Source: a virus
IMG/VR virus record: IMGVR_UViG_3300010373_000040
Span: 1 to 64,000 of that record
Strand: one strand, 5' to 3'
Length of the DNA stretch: 64,000 bases
Both the position numbers and the translations under genes were made by a program. Below are positions 57,133 through 64,000 of this stretch, one piece after another. The notes beneath the pieces are model-generated. The model saw only the letters and a program-made list of their open reading frames with translations. It was not told the DNA's origin and ran no database searches. Position 1 is the first letter of the stretch. Each line of letters starts with the position of its first letter.

Positions 57133-59568
57133 ATGGCTAAAGCTACCAGACAGAAATTACTATATTCTAAGAAAAATAAAGATTGGAGAAGGGAGTCTGT
57201 AGCATATTACTACCAGAGATGTAGACCAAACAATATACTTTTTCAGACATTATATAAAGCAGCTAATGGTGAGATAGATACTACTGACTATTCCTACATA
57301 ACTAATCCTTATGGGAATGCTGTAGCTACTAGACCTGAATTACAATCATATCCTGCTAAACTTAGAAACTATCCTATTATCCCAGAGATCATCCAATTGT
57401 TATTGGGAGAAAAGAGAGATAGACCTCTTTTAAGTTCTGTAATAGCTATTAATCCAGATACTATCAATAGAAAGAAAGCTGAGCAAGTTATTGCCATGAA
57501 AGGAGCTTTACAGCAAACCTTTGTAAATACTCTTAATGCTTTAGGGATGGATACTGGATTAGATACTAAACCAGTTCCTCCTTTAGATGAGTTTATGACT
57601 TCTCTGGATGATAATTGGGCTGATCAGAGATCTGTAGTAGGTCAGGAAGTACTTAATTACATCATTGAGGACCTAGATATTCCTGAGAAGTTTATACAGG
57701 CTTTTAAACATTGGTTAGTAACAGCTACTACCTATACTATTAAAGATGTAATCAATGAAGATATTGTCTATAGAATCCTAAACCCTAAACATGTTGGATT
57801 TATAGCAGATGAAAATACTGAATATGTAGAGGATGCTGAAGCTGTCTGTGTGGATGAGTACATGTCCAAAGCTTCATTTTTAGACAGATATTGGTCTTTA
57901 ATTCAAGAAACTATTATAGCTAATCCTGATCAGACAGAAAAGCAAACTAGAGAAGACCTTACTGATACTATAGATAGAGATGATAGATATACTACTAATA
58001 ATCTTATCACAACCTTTGGCTCTTCCAGTAATTTATCTTCTGGTTTTTCTACAAGTTTGTATGATACTAACTTGTCTAGCTCTCAATTTATAGGGGTACT
58101 CGGTGAGAACATTAAGGTCAGTTATGTGAACTGGACCTCAATGAAGCTTATTAAGAAAGTAGCTATAATGAATGAAACAGGAGAATTAGAGACTATAATG
58201 GTTCCTGATGATTATAAAGTAGAACCAGCTTTTGGTGAAACTCTTATTGAAGAGTACTGGGTAAATGAGAAGTGGGAGGGGTATGTAGTAGATAATGATA
58301 AATTCTATTTTGGGGTACAACCTATCCCTATTCAAAGAAATGGTATCAATAATAAATCTTCTTGTAAGAATCTTATTAATGGTAGAATCAGAAGAATGGG
58401 TGATAGAAAGGCTTTATCTGTTGTAGAGCTTTTAATGCCTTTCCAACATCTATATAACTTTGGTCACTATAAGTTAAATAACATCTTAGCTAAGAATAAG
58501 GAGAAATTACTTCTTATGCCAATGGGATTAATGCCTGATAAAAATGGCTGGGATATGTATACTACTATGTATCATGCAGATGCTAATGGTTTTATGTGGG
58601 TTGATGAAACCAAAGAGAACTTTATTACTGCAGTAAACGCTATTAAAGCTATTGATCTAGGTCTTGGTAATTATATAGAGTTTATGTATAGGTATCTACA
58701 GAATATTAAAGCTGAGGCTGAAGGAGTGGTAGGTATCAATCCTCAAAGAAAGGCTGCTGTATCTGCTGGAGATGGATTAGGTACTACACAAACTGCTATA
58801 GCTCAATCTAGTGTTATTACTGCAGATCTATTTGAAGACTTTGAGAAGTTCCAGGAGAAAGATCTTTGTGGGCTTTTGGACCTATCTAAATTTGCTTACA
58901 TCAGTGGTAAGAAAGCAGCTTATTTGAACTCTGCAGGTAGAACAGCTTTCCTTGAGATTAATGCTGAAGATGAAGACTTCTCTGAATCTGAGTTTGGTGT
59001 TAAGGTATCTTCTTCTGCTAAAGAGAAAGAGAAGTTTGATAAGATGAAGCAATTTGCTGAGACTTTAGCTAGTCAGAAAGTTAAAGCTTCTCAATTAGCT
59101 GCTATACTTAATGCTGAATCTAACTTTGGTAAGTTAGTTACAGAACTTAAAGAAATTGAAGCTCAAGAAGATGCTCTAGCGCAACAAACTGCTCAAGCAG
59201 AAGCTGACTTCAAGAACCAAGAGCTACAGAGTAAAATGCAGTTAGAGCAACAGAAGATTAATCTTAAAATGTATGAGATTGATCAGAATAACATCACTGC
59301 TGAGAAGGTAGCTCTTATTCAGTCTGAGACTCAATTATTAGGATTGGATAAGAATCTTAATGGGGTAGATGATTCTCTAGAGGTAGAGAAAAATGCTTTA
59401 GCTAGAGATAAGCATCTTAATGAGATGGGTTTAAAGCAAAGAGAGCTTGATATGAAAGCTAGTGAAACTAAGATAAAGGCCGATACAGAGATATATAAAG
59501 CTGATACAATGCTTAAAATCGCCCAGGAAAACCAAAATAAAGCAGAAATTAAAGCTAAAAAGAAATAA
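57133..59568 (+). CDS. Portal protein
   Basis: 811 aa after terL; NYPII..LLGE..RP, WVNEKWEG, PFQHLYN, coiled-coil C-terminus. Confidence 0.88.
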   Translation: MAKATRQKLLYSKKNKDWRRESVAYYYQRCRPNNILFQTLYKAANGEIDTTDYSYITNPYGNAVATRPELQSYPAKLRNYPIIPEIIQLLLGEKRDRPLLSSVIAINPDTINRKKAEQVIAMKGALQQTFVNTLNALGMDTGLDTKPVPPLDEFMTSLDDNWADQRSVVGQEVLNYIIEDLDIPEKFIQAFKHWLVTATTYTIKDVINEDIVYRILNPKHVGFIADENTEYVEDAEAVCVDEYMSKASFLDRYWSLIQETIIANPDQTEKQTREDLTDTIDRDDRYTTNNLITTFGSSSNLSSGFSTSLYDTNLSSSQFIGVLGENIKVSYVNWTSMKLIKKVAIMNETGELETIMVPDDYKVEPAFGETLIEEYWVNEKWEGYVVDNDKFYFGVQPIPIQRNGINNKSSCKNLINGRIRRMGDRKALSVVELLMPFQHLYNFGHYKLNNILAKNKEKLLLMPMGLMPDKNGWDMYTTMYHADANGFMWVDETKENFITAVNAIKAIDLGLGNYIEFMYRYLQNIKAEAEGVVGINPQRKAAVSAGDGLGTTQTAIAQSSVITADLFEDFEKFQEKDLCGLLDLSKFAYISGKKAAYLNSAGRTAFLEINAEDEDFSESEFGVKVSSSAKEKEKFDKMKQFAETLASQKVKASQLAAILNAESNFGKLVTELKEIEAQEDALAQQTAQAEADFKNQELQSKMQLEQQKINLKMYEIDQNNITAEKVALIQSETQLLGLDKNLNGVDDSLEVEKNALARDKHLNEMGLKQRELDMKASETKIKADTEIYKADTMLKIAQENQNKAEIKAKKK

Positions 59569-59569
59569 G

Positions 59570-59776
59570 ATGAAAAAACTAAGAGATATTCCTACAGATG
59601 CTTATACTAAGTATGCTAAGGGTGGCATTCATATCAAAGCTGCCAACAAAGGGAAATTTGACGCCACTAAAAAGAGGACTGGAGAGTCTACTGAAGAGTT
59701 AACTCATTCTAAAAATCCAGTCACAAAGAAGCGGGCTATATTTGCTCAAAACGCCTCTCACTGGAAAAAGAAATAG
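59570..59776 (+). CDS. Small basic protein (GGIHIK..NKGKF..RAIFAQNA..W family)
   Basis: Motif recurrent in crAss-like head regions. Confidence 0.65.
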   Translation: MKKLRDIPTDAYTKYAKGGIHIKAANKGKFDATKKRTGESTEELTHSKNPVTKKRAIFAQNASHWKKK

Positions 59777-59778
59777 TT

Positions 59779-60495
59779 ATGCCAGATAATAAGCCAAAGA
59801 AAAAAGCTGCAGCAACTCCTAAACCTAGTGTTTTAAGAATAGCTGATTATAATGAATATGTCTCTAGAAAAAGAGCCTATGATGATAGTTCCACCACCTA
59901 TCAGAACTCTATAGACAATCATAATAAACTTTTAGCTATAGGCATGAAGAAGACAGGCTCTTCTAAACCCACAAAAGATGAAGCTGATGAAATGCTAGTT
60001 ACTGGTGGAACCATGAATAATTTTAAGCATTCTTATACAGATGAATCAGGTAATACAGTAAATAAGAAAGCTAAACTTTTTCAAACCACATCTTCTAAAA
60101 TAGCTCCAGTTAAAACTAATACCTATACAGGAAAAGCTTTAACAGATGCTGATGGGGTATCTTATCAACAAGAAACTACCATTCCTATTTATAAAGCTCC
60201 TTCTCAGAGAGTAGCTTATGATGATTCTATTGATAGAAAGGCAGCAGAGATAGTTAAACAACAAGCTCCTGCAGAAAAGGCTAGAGATCTTCATGCTAAA
60301 AGAAGTGTAGGGGGCTATAAGAAGGTAGCTTCTTCTGATCCTAAATATAAGAATTTGAGAGAATATTCTACCTACAAACAGAATTCTGATAGTTTGGTAG
60401 AAGATCCATTTAAGAAGAAAATGATTGAAAATAGAAATAAGACACTTTCTAAACCTACTACAAAGGCACTTCCTAAGAGAAATTCTGGAACTTGA
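59779..60495 (+). CDS. Basic hypothetical (possibly internal virion) protein
   Basis: 238 aa, K/T/S-rich. Confidence 0.6.
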   Translation: MPDNKPKKKAAATPKPSVLRIADYNEYVSRKRAYDDSSTTYQNSIDNHNKLLAIGMKKTGSSKPTKDEADEMLVTGGTMNNFKHSYTDESGNTVNKKAKLFQTTSSKIAPVKTNTYTGKALTDADGVSYQQETTIPIYKAPSQRVAYDDSIDRKAAEIVKQQAPAEKARDLHAKRSVGGYKKVASSDPKYKNLREYSTYKQNSDSLVEDPFKKKMIENRNKTLSKPTTKALPKRNSGT

Positions 60496-60562
60496 TAAGA
60501 AATAGGATAATAGAGTTTCTAGATTTTAAAAATAACAGAGGTTTTAACACAAACCTATTTTA

Positions 60563-60570
60563 TATATTTG
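60563..60570 (+). promoter_or_regulatory. -7 promoter TATATTTG before scaffold-capsid operon
   Basis: TAnnTTTG 27 nt upstream of the ATG. Confidence 0.6.
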
Positions 60571-60597
60571 AGTACCTACACACTAAACTAAACACTT

Positions 60598-61674
60598 ATG
60601 AGTACTAAAGATAAAGATCCTTTAGAGGATATTGATTATGCTAAGTTAAATGAACTTAGTACTACAGGAGGAACTAATGATGAATATCTACATCCTGAAG
60701 AAGAAACTGAGGAAACAGAAGAAACTACTGAAGAAGAGGTAGAAGAACAAGCTGAAGAAGGAAATATACCAGAAACTGTTTTAGACAGCACTGAAGAAAG
60801 TGGTATAGAGTTCTTTATTAGTGATTTTCAAACTAAAACAGGTTTGGAGTTTTCTGATGAAGAATTAGAGGTAGCTGCTGGATTAGGAGAAGATATTGAA
60901 TCACTTAGTGAATTAGCTCTATTAGCTGGTAGAAAGATAGCAAATGCAGAATTAGAAGGATTCTATGCAAAAAACCCTGACTTATATGAAGCACTTCTTT
61001 ATAAGCAAGCTAATGGCTCTCTTAGTGGATTCGGTAAAGAAGTTGGTAGTCCCGACTATTCCACTTTAGATCTAGATGAGGTAGATAATCAAAAATTGAT
61101 TTATACTGAATACAGGAGGTTAAAAGGAGATACTGATGAAGAAATTGCTGAAGCTATTGAGTTAGCTGAAACAAAGAATATTCTTCAAAAGAAAGCTGAG
61201 GATGCTAAAGAAGTAGTAACTAAACATTTTGCTAAAGCAGAAGAAACTAGAAAGAAGAATCTAGAGATTACTATAGCAAAAGAAAGAGAAGAAGAACAAG
61301 CTATTGTAAAGCAGGTCTTTGATATTATTGATACTGGAAAGATAATGGGTGTTCAATTATCTAAGAAGGAGCAACAAGAATTTAAGGACTTCTTAGCTAA
61401 ACCTGTAGATAAAGATGCTAATACAGCAAAAAGTTTAGCTTACGATAAGCTGACTATTGAGCAAGAACTTCTTATTGATATGTTTGTAAAGAATGGGTTT
61501 AAGAACATAGCTGCAATTGAAAAACCAACTGTAGATAAGCTTAAAAAACTTAAAGAAAACCTAAAAAATAGAATTCCTCCGGTGGGTGATACCAAGAAAG
61601 GTCAAGATTTGAAGCAAGGGACAGGAGCTGATGAATTTGACTTTAAGGCAATGGAGGAGATGCTTAAAAAGTAA
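60598..61674 (+). CDS. Acidic capsid scaffolding-type protein
   Basis: Glu-rich, helical, immediately upstream of the MCP. Confidence 0.7.
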   Translation: MSTKDKDPLEDIDYAKLNELSTTGGTNDEYLHPEEETEETEETTEEEVEEQAEEGNIPETVLDSTEESGIEFFISDFQTKTGLEFSDEELEVAAGLGEDIESLSELALLAGRKIANAELEGFYAKNPDLYEALLYKQANGSLSGFGKEVGSPDYSTLDLDEVDNQKLIYTEYRRLKGDTDEEIAEAIELAETKNILQKKAEDAKEVVTKHFAKAEETRKKNLEITIAKEREEEQAIVKQVFDIIDTGKIMGVQLSKKEQQEFKDFLAKPVDKDANTAKSLAYDKLTIEQELLIDMFVKNGFKNIAAIEKPTVDKLKKLKENLKNRIPPVGDTKKGQDLKQGTGADEFDFKAMEEMLKK

Positions 61675-61697
61675 AAACTAAATTTAATATATAAACT

Positions 61698-63146
61698 ATG
61701 GCTAATTTTAATCAGAAACTCAGCTTATATACAGATACGTATAATACGGATAAGTATACCAGCATTAACTACCTAGCTGCTGGAAAGCTTGCAGCTGCTG
61801 AGGAGTTAACCACTACAGTTGTTCAATTGTATGGTAACTGGTCAGACAGGTTCCCTCTTTATCTATCTACAAAAGGTAGAAAAGGTGGTACTAAAATGAT
61901 CAAGTCTCCAGATGCTTTGTTCACTATCCCTATTATGGGTAAACCAAAGAAGTCTTCCTCTATTGCTAAAACAATCTATGCTGCTACAGATAAGATTGGT
62001 GCTGGTAAAGCAGAGTTCTACATCTACATGGTAGATAAGTGGTTGAAAAAAGGTGACATTGTTGAAACATACAAAAAGAATAAACTTAAAATCCAAGAAC
62101 AAGATAGAGAAGAAGGTGGCTATTACAGGTATATTGCTCAAGTAGTAGGTGCTGATTCTTTGAACTACCTTACTAATGATGAGATTTCTCCAGGTAGAAA
62201 ACTAGCTGTGATGTACCAAGGTGCTGGTCTTGTTAATTCTAGAGGTAGAGAATCCCGTTCTCAAGCTCCTGCTAGAATGCAGAACCAATGTGCTTTCTTG
62301 AGAAATTCTTATAATTGGAAAGGCAATATTGAAAATAAAGTTATGGCTATTGATTTGCCTACAATGAGTGGTACTACTACTTTGTGGCAACAATGGGAGT
62401 TGTTTCAATTGGAACTTCACCAAATGGAAGAGACTGAAAACTACTTGTGGTATTCAGAATGGAACAGATCCCCTGAAGGTATTGTAATGGATACAGATCC
62501 TGATACTGGAGAGAAAATGCCATTTGGTTCTGGTTTGCTAGAACAAATCCCTAATCAATCTACTTATGGTCAATTGACTGTAGAGAAGATTAAAAGAGTA
62601 GTGCGTGATGTAATGTATAACTCTGCTGCTGATAAAGTACGTGAAATTACTCTTTATACAGGTAGAGGTGGTCAAGAACAATTTGACCTTGCAATGAAAT
62701 CAGATCTAGTAGGAATGGGTTACCAATATCAACAATCTACTAAACAGATCTCAGGAACTCCAAACTCTCATGATCTAGTTTACGGATCTTACTTTGGTAC
62801 TTTCAAACATGTTGATGGTCACACAGTATCTATCAAGTATCTACCATTACTAGATCTTGGTGCTAGAGCTGAAGCTGCTCCTAAACATCCTTTGTCAGGT
62901 CTTCCAATTACATCTTATGATATGTATTTTGTAGATGAGTCAGTGATTGATGGTATGCCAAACATCCAGTATGTTCAAGAAGAAGGTAGACAAGAAATCA
63001 AGAAATTCATTTATGGTTTGAATGCTAAAGACCAAAATATAATATCTTCTGATGCAGATGCTTCTTCTGTACAAATGGGTAGATCAGTGGGTATCCACAT
63101 GTTTAATCCTATCAACTCATTCAAGTTAATTTGTAACTTGTCTTAA
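61698..63146 (+). CDS. Major capsid protein (crAss-like HK97 fold)
   Basis: 482 aa; MQNQ..LR.SY.W.G, GSGLLEQI, LYTGRGG..FD, HPLSGLP..SY; position and terminator. Confidence 0.9.
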   Translation: MANFNQKLSLYTDTYNTDKYTSINYLAAGKLAAAEELTTTVVQLYGNWSDRFPLYLSTKGRKGGTKMIKSPDALFTIPIMGKPKKSSSIAKTIYAATDKIGAGKAEFYIYMVDKWLKKGDIVETYKKNKLKIQEQDREEGGYYRYIAQVVGADSLNYLTNDEISPGRKLAVMYQGAGLVNSRGRESRSQAPARMQNQCAFLRNSYNWKGNIENKVMAIDLPTMSGTTTLWQQWELFQLELHQMEETENYLWYSEWNRSPEGIVMDTDPDTGEKMPFGSGLLEQIPNQSTYGQLTVEKIKRVVRDVMYNSAADKVREITLYTGRGGQEQFDLAMKSDLVGMGYQYQQSTKQISGTPNSHDLVYGSYFGTFKHVDGHTVSIKYLPLLDLGARAEAAPKHPLSGLPITSYDMYFVDESVIDGMPNIQYVQEEGRQEIKKFIYGLNAKDQNIISSDADASSVQMGRSVGIHMFNPINSFKLICNLS

Positions 63147-63168
63147 TTATCAATAAGTACACAATAAG

Positions 63169-63200
63169 AAAGGGGAGCATAAACAACTCCCCTTTTATTT
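63169..63200 (+). terminator. Intrinsic terminator after MCP
   Basis: aaaggggag-cataaacaa-ctccccttttattt. Confidence 0.85.
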
Positions 63201-63222
63201 ATAACCTAAACCAAATACTAAA

Positions 63223-64000
63223 ATGACTGAGCAAAAATTTGTAACACTTAGAGTAAAACCTAATGGTAGAATCCCTGCAGAAATTCATTCTGACACTAAA
63301 TACTACTTAGGTAGTGGTTTTGATTCTGAAACTAATGATGTTTTGAGAGGGCTTACTCTAGATGAAGAAAGAGTTCTACTACCTACTATGAAAGGTATTG
63401 GTTGTACTGCAGATTCCCCAGAGTTCTATGATAAAGTAAGGACATTCTGGAATAACATTGATATAGAAATAGATCCCGTATTAGGCAAGAAACTTAATGT
63501 AACTACTACAGAAGCAGAGGTTAAGTTTGTAAGAGATGGTAAGCAAATTACTGAAAAAATGCAAATGCCAGTAAATAAGGTTGATTATATTCATTACAGG
63601 TTAGCATTGAAGCATTCAGAAGTGGCTCCTAATCTTGCAGAATGTAGATCTAGAAAACAATTCATGTGCTATATTGAAGATCTTGGAGCTGAAACCAAAT
63701 CCAAAACAGAAGCTTTAGCTATCAGAAATAAAGCAAGAACTAAATATTTGGAAATTGCTGGAGGTGAAGTTAAGGATGAATCTGTATTAAGGTCTATTGC
63801 TGTAGCTATGAAGGACATTCATAATATGACAATTCCTTCTACTAAGGAAGGATTACTTATATTTATTGAAGAAGTTTCAGAGAAATATCCAGAAGCATTT
63901 ACCGCTACTGCTTCAGATCCTAATCTAAAAGATAGAGCTTTTGTAATGGAGTTGTTGAATTACAACATCATTACTTCTGTAGCTAATAGTATTTTTGATG
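63223..64000 (+). CDS. Conserved crAss-like protein downstream of MCP, 3'-truncated
   Basis: MTEQKFVTLRVK..RGLTLDEE..FW.NI..MPVNKVDYIHY..HSEVA; open to the window end. Confidence 0.75.
   Translation, partial: MTEQKFVTLRVKPNGRIPAEIHSDTKYYLGSGFDSETNDVLRGLTLDEERVLLPTMKGIGCTADSPEFYDKVRTFWNNIDIEIDPVLGKKLNVTTTEAEVKFVRDGKQITEKMQMPVNKVDYIHYRLALKHSEVAPNLAECRSRKQFMCYIEDLGAETKSKTEALAIRNKARTKYLEIAGGEVKDESVLRSIAVAMKDIHNMTIPSTKEGLLIFIEEVSEKYPEAFTATASDPNLKDRAFVMELLNYNIITSVANSIFD

Noticed and set aside
20081-62423. Other opposite-strand or overlapping short ORFs (20081, 20534, 23395, 24299, 24798, 35470, 37936, 40961, 47412, 48100, 48386, 48490, 49084, 49580, 54954, 56940, 61863, 62202)
   Set aside because: They overlap better-supported genes or regulatory sites and lack protein-like features.
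1-64000. Stop-codon reassignment (TAG=Gln or TGA=Trp) as in some crAss-like phages
   Set aside because: Long genes are intact in the standard code, and TAG ends genes followed by non-coding sequence (9672, 57098). The tRNA with anticodon TAG is Leu (reads CUA), not an amber suppressor.
1-64000. CRISPR array, DGR/reverse transcriptase, integrase, introns or inteins
   Set aside because: No regularly spaced repeats, RT or recombinase motifs seen. PolB, TerL, portal and MCP are uninterrupted. The PD-(D/E)XK nuclease has no cas context.

Overview
This is 64 kb of an AT-rich, CpG-poor crAss-like (Crassvirales) phage genome. The host is probably a Bacteroidota bacterium, judged from TAnnTTTG promoters, SD-less A/C-rich leaders and Bacteroidota-type lipoproteins. 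The standard genetic code fits. Layout: (+) 1-20407 holds the 5'-truncated virion RNA polymerase, a PD-(D/E)XK ejection protein, tail/fibre genes with a GT25 glycosyltransferase, and the lysis cassette. (-) 20444-48389 holds the replication block (PolB, RusA, primase, SSB, AAA ATPase, DnaB, SF2 helicase) and many small early genes. (+) 48626-64000 holds an RHH regulator, a five-tRNA cluster, Tad2/DUF2829, GroES-like, HNH, nuclease, HU-like, terminase, portal, scaffold and major capsid genes. The most striking signal is an unannotated 24-codon leader peptide with seven consecutive C-starting codons (Leu-His-Leu-Gln-Pro-Gln-Arg). It lies in classical attenuator geometry ahead of exactly five tRNAs (Pro, Gln, His, Arg, Leu), all G36/A37, which suggests a tRNA-depletion-sensing, inducible tRNA rescue operon. 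Also notable are several non-canonical tRNA-like cloverleaves between early genes and a structured antisense element at about 9.7-10.05 kb. All calls come from reading motifs by eye; no searches or folding programs were run.
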